From: an uncultured Planctomycetota bacterium
GTDB lineage: Bacteria > Planctomycetota > Phycisphaerae > Tepidisphaerales > Tepidisphaeraceae
Length of the DNA stretch: 64,000 nucleotides
Direction: 5' to 3'
Assembly: GCA_963841915.1 (NCBI GenBank)
Contig: CAWJEN010000005.1
Span: 768,001-832,000 of the forward strand
Made by a program: the position numbers and the translations under genes. Below are positions 1 through 9,746 of the stretch, piece after piece (the first letter of the stretch is position 1; each line of letters begins with the position of its first letter). The notes beneath the pieces are model-generated. The model did no database searches. It saw only the letters and a program-made list of their open reading frames with translations, and was not told the DNA's origin.

Positions 1-1393
1 TCGACGCACCGGCTGCTGCTGCTGCAGTGTTGATGGCGGCGATCACGTCGACCGCTGCTGCGGCCCCGCTTAAATCGACCTCGAACGACACATTCGCCGG
101 GTCAACGAACCGCAGGTCGGCTCCGTTGCCGTCGAGTCGAACGCCGCGACCACCATTGAACTCCGAAAGCGCGTCCTGCTCAGTGAACGTGAGCCAGCCG
201 AGTTGCTCAGCCGCGGTGCCGCTCGTGTCGCTGACGGTCATCGCTGTGCCTTGCACGGCATTGCGAAGCAGAAGGCGCGTTCCGTCGTCGCTGATGGTGG
301 CATCGACCCCGACGCCGCTGGCGTTGACGACATTGAGTAAGTCTTCGACCGTCGTGAGGCCGCTTGTGTCGATCGTGGTAGCGGTCGCTCCGTTGTTGAT
401 CGTGAAGGTTCCAGTCGGCGTGCCGGCACCGCCGTTGAGGTCTGCCAGCGGCGTTTGAGGTGTGATGGTGCGGTCGAGCCCTGCACCGGCGACGGTGGCC
501 GAGGGCGTGGTCTGCACGAGGCCCAGGTCTGCGGCGGTTGCCTGGCCCAATTCGCCGACGGTGACGCTTCCGCCGTTGATGGTGATGTTGCCGGGCGTAG
601 CGGAGAGGCTCGTCGTCACGCCGATACCGCTGGCGTCGATGCGACTCATGATGTCGCCCACCGTGTCGGCATCCGACAGGTCGACAATCGCCGTCGCGCC
701 GGCATTGGTGATGCGGATGCTGCCCCGCTCGACGCCTTGACCCCGCGCGCCGGCCAGCTCGCTCAGACGCGTGGCGGCTGTAACGACGGGATCCAAATCG
801 GCCGTCCCGACGCGCCGCGAGTTGCCACCGAAGACGTCGCTGGGCTTAGCCAGGAAGTCGATGCCTCGGCCGGTGCCGTCGATGCGACCGGCCGGCGCGT
901 CGTCCCCGCCGTTGAATCGAATGCCCCCCGCTGCTGCGGTGAATGGCTCCGTGGTGCCGTTGTCACCGCCGAACAGTGCGATGCCGCCCTCGACCGTGTT
1001 GGCAATGGCGAGCATCTGCCGTTCGAGCGTGCGCAGCACGGTGGCCGCGCCGTCGCGCTCGTCCTGTGTCGCTTGGTCACCCGTGTTGGCCAGGCCGATC
1101 TGCCGGGCCTCACGAATGAGTTCCGTCAGTTCACCCAGCGCGTTGTCGGTTCGCGACAACATGCGGTCGGCGTGGGCGAGGCTGCGGTCGTAGCCGACGT
1201 CGAGCTCGAGGTTCCGCCGGATCTGCAGCGACGCACCTGCGTCGCCGGGAGCGTCGCTCGGGCGAATGACCTGCTTACCGGTCGACAGTCGCTCGCTGGC
1301 CTGGGCCAGGGCCACCTGTGTGCGGCCGATCTGGTTGGCGCTGCCGACGCTGCGTTGGAGCTCGCCGACGCGTGCTGTGGGGGTGATGTTCAT
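1..1393 (-). CDS. flgL: Flagellar hook-associated protein 3 (FlgL), 3' end outside the window
   Basis: Hand translation from ATG at 1393 gives MNITPTARVGELQRSVGSANQIGRTQVALAQASERLSTGKQVIRPSDAPGDA, a flagellin-family N-terminus. It lies directly downstream of flgK and is absent from the ORF track, consistent with its stop lying outside the window. Confidence 0.85.
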   Translation of the reverse strand, partial: MNITPTARVGELQRSVGSANQIGRTQVALAQASERLSTGKQVIRPSDAPGDAGASLQIRRNLELDVGYDRSLAHADRMLSRTDNALGELTELIREARQIGLANTGDQATQDERDGAATVLRTLERQMLAIANTVEGGIALFGGDNGTTEPFTAAAGGIRFNGGDDAPAGRIDGTGRGIDFLAKPSDVFGGNSRRVGTADLDPVVTAATRLSELAGARGQGVERGSIRITNAGATAIVDLSDADTVGDIMSRIDASGIGVTTSLSATPGNITINGGSVTVGELGQATAADLGLVQTTPSATVAGAGLDRTITPQTPLADLNGGAGTPTGTFTINNGATATTIDTSGLTTVEDLLNVVNASGVGVDATISDDGTRLLLRNAVQGTAMTVSDTSGTAAEQLGWLTFTEQDALSEFNGGRGVRLDGNGADLRFVDPANVSFEVDLSGAAAAVDVIAAINTAAAAAGAS

Positions 1394-1418
1394 CAAGTCT
1401 TCCTTACGTTGTCGAGTT

Positions 1419-3122
1419 TCAGACGAGCTGCAGCAGGGTCTGCATCATCTCATCAACGGCTGCGATCAGGCGGGCGGCACCTTGGTAGCTGCGCTGGTAC
1501 TGCAGCAGCGCGACGGCCTCTTCATCAAGGCTCACGCCGCTCAATGCCTGCCGCTGGGCGACGAGCGTGTCGGCGATTGCGCCGCTGGCATCTGCGTCGT
1601 TCTGAGCCGATCGCACGCCCGACGCGACTTCGAAGACGGTCGCTTCGTACGCCGTGTTGATCGTCGCGCCGCCGAGGGCGCCGAGCGATTTGTCGGCCAG
1701 TCCTGCGACCGCCAAAGCCAGGCCGTTACCGCCGGGCGTGTTGTCGTTGCTGGCGGCGAGACGGTTGGGCTCGCTCAGCAGGTCTTGCCGCACAGCCATG
1801 TCGGTCGCGCCGCGACCGGTAAAGAAGCCGCCGATGCCGAGCGTCGGTAACAGCTTGGCCGAGTCGTCGCCAAACGTCAGCTCCTGGGCCGACGAGTCAG
1901 CCGAGATGGTCAATTTGCCACCGGTCGAGATGCTCGCGCTGACGCCGTTGATGGTGTCGAGCTGCGTGGCCACGTCGTCCAGCGACGTGCCCGCTGCGGT
2001 GCCGTCGAGGTTGATGTCAATGATCGTGCTCGTCACGCTGCCGCTGGCCCGGTCGCGCAGGTGAACCACGAACGAGCCGTTCTGCGGCGGATAATCAAGT
2101 TTTGTCAGCGGATTGTCGAGTGGCACGCTTGTGTCGTCGACGGTTGCATCGGCTGTGACACTGTCGTACCCGCGGATCGGCTGCCCGCCTGCGTGCAGGC
2201 TGTTGAGCTCGAACTTCATCGTATCTGCCAAGGCGTCGATGCGGTCGAGCGTGTCGTTGATGGTCGTCCGAGCTTCAATGGCACCACTGAGCTTGCCGCC
2301 GCGCGCCGGGATCGGCCCACCACCATCGCCGAAAACGGCTTGAAACGTCGGCCGTCCGGACGCGTCGATACGCTGCTCCAGCTCCAGGCCGCGAGCCGTT
2401 CCTGCCAGCACGAGCGGTTCGCTGCCGGCATAGACGTTCATCGTGCCGTCGGGCTGCTCGATGCTGTGAACGCGGACGATCTGCGACAGGTCACCGATGA
2501 GCCCGTCGCGGCGATCGCGCAGGGCGTTGGCCGTTCCGCCGGTCGCGCCTTCGCCCTGGGCGATCTGCACGTTCAGGTCGGCAATCTCTTTGGCGATGCG
2601 GTCACCCTCGGTCGCGTACCCGCCGATGCGTTCGCCTGCGTCAACACTGAGTCGCGAAAGCCGGCCGTGCAGGTCGTTGAACCCTCCGGCCAACCGCTGG
2701 CCTTCGCTCAGCACGTTGCGGCGGAGCGAAGCGTCGGCCGGATTGTCGGCAAGGGCTCCCCAGGAATTGAAGAAGTCGGTCAGACCAGTCGACAGGTCGG
2801 CATCGCTGAGTTCGTTGAAAACGCTCTCGGCCTGGGTGAGCCAGTTAAGCTTCTCGTCGGCCGCCGAGCGTTCGCTGGTTGCGCTGTTCAGTCGGCGGAT
2901 GAGGGCGTCGTCGACCTGTCGCTCGACGCCGTCGAGTGTGACGCCGGTCCCGATGATGATGCCGTCACCGAGCGCGCGACCGTTGGCGGCGCTGGTGCGC
3001 ACGACCTGGCGGCTGTAGTTGGGATCGTTGACGCCGGCAATGTTGTTGCCATGCGTCTGGATCGCCGCCTGGTTGACGGTAAGGGCGGTACGGCCGACTT
3101 GTAGGGTGCCGGAAAGTGACAT
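1419..3122 (-). CDS. flgK: Flagellar hook-associated protein 1 FlgK
   Basis: N-terminal GNNIAGVNDPNYSRQ, internal ALRDRRD, C-terminal SGVSLDEEAVALLQYQRSYQGAARLI; flagellar context. Confidence 0.95.
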   Translation of the reverse strand: MSLSGTLQVGRTALTVNQAAIQTHGNNIAGVNDPNYSRQVVRTSAANGRALGDGIIIGTGVTLDGVERQVDDALIRRLNSATSERSAADEKLNWLTQAESVFNELSDADLSTGLTDFFNSWGALADNPADASLRRNVLSEGQRLAGGFNDLHGRLSRLSVDAGERIGGYATEGDRIAKEIADLNVQIAQGEGATGGTANALRDRRDGLIGDLSQIVRVHSIEQPDGTMNVYAGSEPLVLAGTARGLELEQRIDASGRPTFQAVFGDGGGPIPARGGKLSGAIEARTTINDTLDRIDALADTMKFELNSLHAGGQPIRGYDSVTADATVDDTSVPLDNPLTKLDYPPQNGSFVVHLRDRASGSVTSTIIDINLDGTAAGTSLDDVATQLDTINGVSASISTGGKLTISADSSAQELTFGDDSAKLLPTLGIGGFFTGRGATDMAVRQDLLSEPNRLAASNDNTPGGNGLALAVAGLADKSLGALGGATINTAYEATVFEVASGVRSAQNDADASGAIADTLVAQRQALSGVSLDEEAVALLQYQRSYQGAARLIAAVDEMMQTLLQLV

Positions 3123-3137
3123 GATTCAGGGGTTTCG

Positions 3138-3650
3138 TTAGCCGATCGCGCGGATGCGATGCGAGACGGGCGGAAGTTCGAAGCCGCCCTCGCGGCCGTA
3201 GAGGCAGGACTTGGTGACGAGTCGCAACGCACCGTTGACGTGGCCCAGCACGCCACCGGCAATGCGGGCACAGTGCCGGCCCAGATCGGCGGCGGCGATG
3301 GTGTGGGCGCGGAGCTCGTCACGCACCTGCAGCAACTGCTCGGCGTGGTCCGGGTAACCGCTCACCACCTCGACGAGCGGCGTGTCGGGCGCGAGCCCGA
3401 GCTGCCCCGCGGCCGTCGCGCCGTGCCGACGGCGGTCGCCTTCGAGCTTCAGCAGTCGCCGGTGGGCTGACTCCTGCCGATGCCCGATGCTCGCCATCGC
3501 CTTGACGTCGAGCCGTTTCATCGCCTCGACCTGCTCGCTCAGCGCGTCCCGCAGGTCGCACTGGGCGGCCGATAGCTTCGTCAGCGTCGCGAGCAACTGC
3601 TCGATCGCAGGGACTTGCGGCTTGGGGGTCTGGCGGGTGATGGTTTGCAT
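3138..3650 (-). CDS. flgN: FlgN-like flagellar export chaperone
   Basis: 170-aa helical protein directly upstream of flgK, with the C-terminal YGREG motif typical of FlgN. Confidence 0.75.
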   Translation of the reverse strand: MQTITRQTPKPQVPAIEQLLATLTKLSAAQCDLRDALSEQVEAMKRLDVKAMASIGHRQESAHRRLLKLEGDRRRHGATAAGQLGLAPDTPLVEVVSGYPDHAEQLLQVRDELRAHTIAAADLGRHCARIAGGVLGHVNGALRLVTKSCLYGREGGFELPPVSHRIRAIG

Positions 3651-3706
3651 TCAGCAGGTAAAGCGAGCGGGTACGACAGCTGCAAAACTCGGATGGAAAG
3701 CGCTGG

Positions 3707-3985
3707 CTAGACGTCGCCACCGGCGAGCTGCCGGACGATGGCGTCGGCAAGCTGGCCACCCGTACCGCGACCGGCGGCCTCAGACAGGTGACCGTCCATG
3801 AGCGACCCGAATGCGTTGCCCCCGCGGCCACCACTGAAAGGCGAGTCTTCAGAGGCCAGCGACGTATTGCGCGCCTCCTTGAGCATCGGGCCGAAGAACG
3901 ACTGGCCCACCCACTGGCGGACGACGGGGCGAAGCTGCTCGGCCTTGGACTGCGTCGGCTGGATCGTGCTGATGAAAGTGTTCAT
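3707..3985 (-). CDS. flgJ: Rod-binding protein (short FlgJ, no muramidase domain)
   Basis: FFGPMLKEAR...FGSLMDGHLSE...LADAIVRQL matches the FlgJ rod-binding domain; follows flgI; AAGGA precedes the ATG. Confidence 0.8.
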   Translation of the reverse strand: MNTFISTIQPTQSKAEQLRPVVRQWVGQSFFGPMLKEARNTSLASEDSPFSGGRGGNAFGSLMDGHLSEAAGRGTGGQLADAIVRQLAGGDV

Positions 3986-4052
3986 GGCTGTCCTTGCTTA
4001 TCGGTCGTTTGTGGGGCAATCCGCTTGCTCAGTCAGCGGTGAGTCTGCTTGC

Positions 4053-5147
4053 TCAGTCGATGATGAGACGTGCGTGCAATTTGCCCGTGCGGTGCAGTTC
4101 CTTGAGGATCGAGATGCGGTCCTCGGCAGGGACCTGCAAGCGGTCGAGGGCGGCGACCAGGTCGGCGAGCCGAGCGCGGCTGCGCTCGTTCGTCACGCCT
4201 TCACCGACGGCTAGCGGGACAAAGTTGCCCTCGGTCATGACGCCCGTGCCGCCGTTGGCGAACGGGTCGCCCGGGCCGGTCACGCCACCCGACGGTTGGG
4301 CAACGGTCGTGATGGTCAGGCCGTGCATGGAGATGACGACGGGGCTGATTTCGACGTCACCCGTGAGCACGATGGTGCCGAGCCGCTCGTTGATGCGGAC
4401 GCGTGCCTCGTCGGCGAGCATCGGCACGGGCAACCGCTGGACGCGGCTGATGAACGAATCGGGCCGGGCCACGTCGCTCTGCGGAATCGAGACGACGACG
4501 TTCTTGGGGTCGATGGCCACCGCCAGCTCGCGGCCGTCCAGGCTTTCGGAGTCGTTGATGACCTTGGCGATGTGACTGGCCGTCGTCCAGCCGGCGTGGC
4601 CGTCGTCGAGGACGATCGTGAAGCGGCCGTCACGGACGAACTGCTTGGGCAGGTCGCGTTCCATCACGCAGCCACGCTCGATGCGGGCGACGGTCGGAAT
4701 CTCATCATCTTCAAGGACAATGGCCCCTTCGGCCAGGGCAAAGACGCCCCCGCCGCCCGGCAGCGGGCCGGTCAGCGGCGTGACGAACAGGCGGCCGCCC
4801 TTCAGGCTCTTGGCTGAGCCGATGCTCGTGACGTGGACGTCGAGCGGGTCACCGGCCCTGACGCCGTTGCGTGGCACGACCACCGTGAGGGCGACGATGG
4901 CAACGTTGTCGGCGTCGCTGAGCTCGAGCACGTCGGTGGTGTTGCCGAAGTGACCGAGCATTTGAGCGAGGCTGCGGATGGCAGGCTGGAAGTCGCCACC
5001 GTCACCGGTGCCGTCGAGACCCATGACCAGACCGATGCCGGTCAGGCGTTCGGTGCGTTGGGCATCGAGCCGCGACACGTCGGCCACGCGAGAGGCAGAG
5101 GCGGTGGCGGCGAAGGCAAGCAGTAGCAGTGTGGTCAGGCGAATCAT
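4053..5147 (-). CDS. flgI: Flagellar P-ring protein FlgI
   Basis: LTGIGLVMGLDGTGD, NVAIV, SIGSAKSLKGGRL, INERLGTIV and GKLHARL motifs; signal peptide. Confidence 0.95.
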   Translation of the reverse strand: MIRLTTLLLLAFAATASASRVADVSRLDAQRTERLTGIGLVMGLDGTGDGGDFQPAIRSLAQMLGHFGNTTDVLELSDADNVAIVALTVVVPRNGVRAGDPLDVHVTSIGSAKSLKGGRLFVTPLTGPLPGGGGVFALAEGAIVLEDDEIPTVARIERGCVMERDLPKQFVRDGRFTIVLDDGHAGWTTASHIAKVINDSESLDGRELAVAIDPKNVVVSIPQSDVARPDSFISRVQRLPVPMLADEARVRINERLGTIVLTGDVEISPVVISMHGLTITTVAQPSGGVTGPGDPFANGGTGVMTEGNFVPLAVGEGVTNERSRARLADLVAALDRLQVPAEDRISILKELHRTGKLHARLIID

Positions 5148-5202
5148 GGTGCTCCGAAAAGTGGCTCTCGTTCCTCGTGTCTCGTCCCCTGTTTCTCAGG
5201 CA

Positions 5203-5955
5203 TCAGAACGGGTTGACGCGGTCGATGATCCGCGGCAGGAAGCCGCGTCTTGACGCGTCGCGGACCGGGCCACTGGTGTGCTTTTGCAGGTGCAGGTCGT
5301 GCAGCTGCGTCGACAGGACCGTGTTGCCGGCCGTGACGTCTGCCGTGCGGCAGGTGCCGGTCAGGACGATGAGGGCTTCATCGTCGTCAGTCGTGATTCG
5401 CTTGCGGGCCTGAATGACGAGCGTGCCGTTGGGTTTGACGTCGAGGACTTCTGCGGTGATGCGGGTGACGAAGCTGTCGCGGCGGTCGCTCTTGCCGTCA
5501 CCGGAAAACTGGCGTTCTGCCTCGAAATCGATGGCTTGGCCACCCCGCTTGGGGACAACGCGCAGGTTGCCGATGTCGAGGTCGACGTATTCCCGCAGTT
5601 CAGCGGCGAGGCTGTATTCCTTTTCGTACTCACCGCTGCCCGCGCTGCGGCTGGAGCTTTCTTCGCGGACGATGATCGTCAGCAGATCGTGCTGGCGGAC
5701 GAGCGTCGGCTCGGGTGGCGGGACGGCCCAGAAGCTTACGCCCGGCCCGACGGCCAGTGGTGCTTCACCTCGGAGCTGCGGCCGAGCGTTGAGCTGAGCT
5801 TGAAGCAGGGACGAGCCGTCGGCAAACATGCGGCGAGCGATCTCTTCAGCCGTCTCGATGGGTGCGGGATCGGAGGCCGGTTGGGTCGTCTCGTCTCGTT
5901 GCTGGGCGAAGACAGGGGTCGTTGCCAGGAGCAGGATTGCTGTTTGCAGACGCAT
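5203..5955 (-). CDS. flgH: Flagellar L-ring protein FlgH
   Basis: DLLTIIVRE, ITAEVLDVKPNGTLVIQARK, NTVLSTQL and terminal NPF. Start trimmed to MRLQTAILLL (signal peptide). Confidence 0.88.
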   Translation of the reverse strand: MRLQTAILLLATTPVFAQQRDETTQPASDPAPIETAEEIARRMFADGSSLLQAQLNARPQLRGEAPLAVGPGVSFWAVPPPEPTLVRQHDLLTIIVREESSSRSAGSGEYEKEYSLAAELREYVDLDIGNLRVVPKRGGQAIDFEAERQFSGDGKSDRRDSFVTRITAEVLDVKPNGTLVIQARKRITTDDDEALIVLTGTCRTADVTAGNTVLSTQLHDLHLQKHTSGPVRDASRRGFLPRIIDRVNPF

Positions 5956-6029
5956 GGTTCCGGGGTTGCAAAGCCAGTGAAGCGGCTTGGCCGTCGGGCG
6001 TGTCTTGTGGAAAGTCATAGAGTTGTTCC

Positions 6030-7007
6030 TTAAGAAGCGACGGAACCAGCCTGCGGGCCGGTGACGACGACGGAGAGATCTTCGCCTGTGGCTTCGGCGC
6101 GGCACTTGACGACTTGGCCGAAGGTGGCGTCGCCGGAGGCCTTGGCGAGGGTGCGGACGATGACGCCGCCGCGGTTGAGCGTGACGGTGACGAGTTGGCC
6201 GCGCTTGACGAGCATGGGGGCGGCCAGGTCGCGACCGACGAGGGCGTCACCGACGGTGAGCGTGCGGGCGGCGCGTTGCCCGACGGCGGCGGCGAGGGAC
6301 AGGCCGATGTCGTCGACCGTGTCGACCACGGCGGCTGATTTCTCGAGATCTTCTGGACGAATGACCGATCCGCGACCGATCGGGCGGGCGACGCGGGCAC
6401 GAATGACGGTGGCCGTCGCTTCGATACGGACGCTCTTCGTCGAGCCGTCGGCAAGCGTCAGACGCCACGTCGAGCTGCCCAGCGTGGGCGGCTGTGTAGC
6501 GGTCGCCTTCGTTACTCCGGCCGGAAGATCGTCCCGCGACCGCACCTTGATTGTGTCGATCGGCAGGGCCAGCGCCTCGGCGATCTGCTCAAGCATGAGC
6601 TGCTTCGTCGACTCGCTGGCGATGACGCCGGTGGGCGAGGCGTGAGCGTTAGACGATGAGACAAGATCGCCCCACTCGTCCGAGACGATAGCGTTTTCGC
6701 CTGTTTCTGGGGCGATGCGTGTGATGACGCAGCGGGCCGGGCCGTTGACAAGAAGTTGATCGCCACGGATGCCGGCGTCGCCGAGAACGCGGATGACGTC
6801 CTGCAGATCAACGCCGCCGTCGTCGACGCGTACGACGCGTGACAGGATGCTCGCATCGACATCACCCTCGACGCGGGCCACGTCACGCACGGTGACGACG
6901 CCTGAAACGCCCGCCGATTCGCGCAGCGTAAGGCGGACCGGATCGGCAGCGCCCGCAAAGGCGGCCGTGAGGCATAGGGCCAGGGGAATGAGCGTTTTGC
7001 TGAGCAT
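6030..7007 (-). CDS. flgA: Flagellar P-ring formation chaperone FlgA
   Basis: Signal peptide, SAF-like region ARPIGRGSVIRPEDL, LVKRGQLVTV; lies between flgG and flgH. Confidence 0.88.
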   Translation of the reverse strand: MLSKTLIPLALCLTAAFAGAADPVRLTLRESAGVSGVVTVRDVARVEGDVDASILSRVVRVDDGGVDLQDVIRVLGDAGIRGDQLLVNGPARCVITRIAPETGENAIVSDEWGDLVSSSNAHASPTGVIASESTKQLMLEQIAEALALPIDTIKVRSRDDLPAGVTKATATQPPTLGSSTWRLTLADGSTKSVRIEATATVIRARVARPIGRGSVIRPEDLEKSAAVVDTVDDIGLSLAAAVGQRAARTLTVGDALVGRDLAAPMLVKRGQLVTVTLNRGGVIVRTLAKASGDATFGQVVKCRAEATGEDLSVVVTGPQAGSVAS

Positions 7008-7043
7008 CTGGAGTCTTTCTGCGGTGAGGCCGAGCTGTTCGAT

Positions 7044-7856
7044 TTAGCGGCGGAGGTTGCCGATGGTCTGCAGCGCGTCGTCGGCGGCCTGGATGGACTG
7101 GCTGTTGAGCTCGAAATTGCGCTGCGTCTTGATGAGTGTCACGAGCTCCTTGACCGGGTCGACGTTGGAGCCTTCGAGGAAGCCCTGACGGATCAGGCCG
7201 GCCCCGTCTTCGCCGGGCAATGCCGCGATGCCGCCACCGCTGGCGGCGGTCTCGACAAAGAGGCTGCCACCGAGCAGGCGAAGGCCCTGCGGGTTGCTGA
7301 AGTTCGAGACCTCGATACGGCCGAATGCCTGGGCCTCGACGGCACCGGGCGTGATGCCGCTGATCGTGCCGTCTTCGCTGATCTCGATCGTTTCCGTCGG
7401 CACTTCGACCGGAATGTTGATCGGCGGGTCGAGGCGGTAACCGGCACCGAGCCCGAGGATGATGTCACCCTCGTTGTTCCGGAAAAAGTCACCGTTCCGC
7501 GTGTAGGCGACGCCGTCACCGATGCCGTCGGCGACGGTCACTTTGAAGAAGCCCTGACCCTCGATGGCGAGGTCGAGTTTGCCGCTGGTCGGGTCGAGCG
7601 TGCCTTGCGAGAGGTCGAGCTGCGTGTTGCTGATCTTGACGCCCAGGCCGACCTGCACACCGGCCGGTGAGGCGTCACCGTTGGCGTTGAGGGTGCCGGG
7701 GTGACGCTTCGTGAGGTACATCAAGTCCTCGAAGTTCACACGCTGCCGCTTGAAGCTGGTCGTCTCTGCGTTGGCGAGGTTGTTGGCGATGACGTCGATG
7801 CGAGTCGACAGAGCACGCAGGCCGGTGGAGGCGCTGTTGAGGGCGGTAATGGCCAT
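7044..7856 (-). CDS. flgG: Flagellar distal rod protein FlgG
   Basis: IANNLANAETTSFKR, FEDLMY, LDLAIEGQGFF, YTRNG, LEGSNVDPVKELVTLI. Confidence 0.95.
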   Translation of the reverse strand: MAITALNSASTGLRALSTRIDVIANNLANAETTSFKRQRVNFEDLMYLTKRHPGTLNANGDASPAGVQVGLGVKISNTQLDLSQGTLDPTSGKLDLAIEGQGFFKVTVADGIGDGVAYTRNGDFFRNNEGDIILGLGAGYRLDPPINIPVEVPTETIEISEDGTISGITPGAVEAQAFGRIEVSNFSNPQGLRLLGGSLFVETAASGGGIAALPGEDGAGLIRQGFLEGSNVDPVKELVTLIKTQRNFELNSQSIQAADDALQTIGNLRR

Positions 7857-7886
7857 GGTTCTTTGGGAAGAGGCGAAGAGGCAGGA

Positions 7887-8648
7887 TCAGGCAACGGCGG
7901 CGGCGTCGATCAGACGGCCGAGGCTCGAGTCCTGAAAGCGGATCATGTTGGCATTGGCTTCGAGCTGACGGCTGATTGCCATCATCTGCGTCAGCTCGCT
8001 CGTCGGGTCGACGTTGCTGAGCTCGACAAAGCCGCCGCGGACGTTGCGAAGCGCGTCATCGAGCGGGTCGACTTCGCCGGCCGGGTCAAAGAGGCCTTGA
8101 CCGACAACAGTCATCGCCGACGCGTCGGCAGGCAGGCTGATACCGAGGCGTGCGATGGGCTGACCGGCCTGTGTCGTCAGCATGCCGTGCTCGTTGATCG
8201 CAAGGTCGGACGAGGTCGTGCCGGCCGGAAGTGCGATGGGCAGGCCTGCGTCGTCGAGCACGCGGACGTCGCTGCGACCGGCAAGGGTCAGCGTGCCGTC
8301 GGCGTCGAGCTGAAGTCGGCCGTCCCGCGTCAGTGCCATCTCTGCACCGCCGGGCGTTTGACGCTCGACCGTGAGAAAGCCATCACCGACGATGGCCAGA
8401 TCGAGCGGGTTGCTTGTCTCATCTAGGCCACCAGCGGTCGAGTCGAGTTGCGTCGGCAGCAAGATGTTGCCGCCGGTCGTGCCGCGGAGGTTGTCAGGCA
8501 TCTGGGCCTGCGGGGCCCGCTCTTTTTCGAGCGTGAGCAACCGGCGGAAGCCGACCGTGTCGGCGTTCGCCAAATTGTTGGCAATAACGTCTTGCTTGGC
8601 CCGGGCCTGGCTGATGCCGGTCGCGTTGAGATAGGTTCCGTAGATCAT
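7887..8648 (-). CDS. flgF: Flagellar rod protein FlgF
   Basis: IANNLANADTVGF, NPLDLAIVGDGF, LTRDG, ELSNVDP; upstream of flgG. Confidence 0.85.
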   Translation of the reverse strand: MIYGTYLNATGISQARAKQDVIANNLANADTVGFRRLLTLEKERAPQAQMPDNLRGTTGGNILLPTQLDSTAGGLDETSNPLDLAIVGDGFLTVERQTPGGAEMALTRDGRLQLDADGTLTLAGRSDVRVLDDAGLPIALPAGTTSSDLAINEHGMLTTQAGQPIARLGISLPADASAMTVVGQGLFDPAGEVDPLDDALRNVRGGFVELSNVDPTSELTQMMAISRQLEANANMIRFQDSSLGRLIDAAAVA

Positions 8649-8719
8649 CGAGAGACGCGGGCGGAGTGCCCACGTCTGTTATCGGTCGCTGGCCCTTCGT
8701 CCCATAACACGACTTGAGC

Positions 8720-9658
8720 TCAAGTTGTGCCCGCAAGCTCTTCAGCCGTCTCGCGAATGGCCTCGCGCTGCCGCTCTGCGTCTGCCTTCGTCTTCTCCAT
8801 CGCCTGCCGCTGGCCCGCATTAATGGCCTCTCCCGCCCGCTCACCCGCCGACTTAGCACGCTGATCGGCGACCGCCTCGACATGTTTGAGCTGCCCTTCG
8901 GCGTCGTCTTTTCGTCCGTCAAGCTCCGCCAGGCGGTCGGCCCTGCCGTACAGGATGATCACGTCACCCACGTTGGCCGTCGTGGCAGCGTCAGGGGCAC
9001 CGATGTACGTGCCGTCGCGCCGATTGATGCCGAGCACGATGACCCCTTCGCTCGTCAGTCGCAGCTTGGACAGTTGCTTCTCTGCCAGCCAGTCGCCCTC
9101 TCCGACGCGCAGCTCGCTTACGCCGTAGTCGCCGCTGAGGTGCATGAGGTTGGCATAGTCGCGGACTTCGATCTTCGTGTACTTCTTAAGAAGCTTAAAG
9201 GTCCAGCGGTTGATGATCCGCTCGACGACGCGACTGCTCGCCACCGCCCAAAGGGCCGCCACGCCGGTGACGAGGAACGCCATTCGGGTCCAGAGCGGAA
9301 ACCCGACCGCCTGAGCGACGAGCTTGTACTCACGCACGCCCGTTTCAGCGTCGACGATGGGCTCGAGCACCTGCTCGACGCCGCCCCCGGCCAGCAGGCC
9401 TGCCATCAGCGCACCGACCGTCGTGACGATGCCGGCGTTACCCAGCAGCATCAGCGTCGAGATGATCCGACGCCGTACCGGGTGGCCCACGATCTGCTCG
9501 CTCTCGCCAGTGGTGTAACCGCAACCCGTAAAAGCACTTCGGGCCTGAAACCGCGCCAGCGGCAGGCTCAGGCCCGTCAGAATAAGCATCACCGTGGCCA
9601 CCCGCACCGTCAGCAAGCTGATGGTCAGCACGACAAGTAAGGTGGCGATAGCGGTCAT
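8720..9658 (-). CDS. Membrane protein with C-terminal TrkA-C (RCK_C) domain
   Basis: N-terminal transmembrane segments with SAFTGCGYTTGESE; C-terminal GVIVLGINRRDGTYIGAP...GDVIILYG. Confidence 0.8.
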   Translation of the reverse strand: MTAIATLLVVLTISLLTVRVATVMLILTGLSLPLARFQARSAFTGCGYTTGESEQIVGHPVRRRIISTLMLLGNAGIVTTVGALMAGLLAGGGVEQVLEPIVDAETGVREYKLVAQAVGFPLWTRMAFLVTGVAALWAVASSRVVERIINRWTFKLLKKYTKIEVRDYANLMHLSGDYGVSELRVGEGDWLAEKQLSKLRLTSEGVIVLGINRRDGTYIGAPDAATTANVGDVIILYGRADRLAELDGRKDDAEGQLKHVEAVADQRAKSAGERAGEAINAGQRQAMEKTKADAERQREAIRETAEELAGTT

Positions 9659-9746
9659 GGGTCGTCAGAGACGAGCAACGAGGAATGAGTAGCGAGAGCC
9701 GGAGCCGGACCAGCTTAACGCCCTCCGGCTTTGACCTCATCTCTCG

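Noticed and set aside
455..1660. 401-aa + strand ORF and other + strand ORFs over the flagellar cluster
   Set aside because: Antisense shadows of flgL/flgK, expected from GC-rich codon usage; no motifs.
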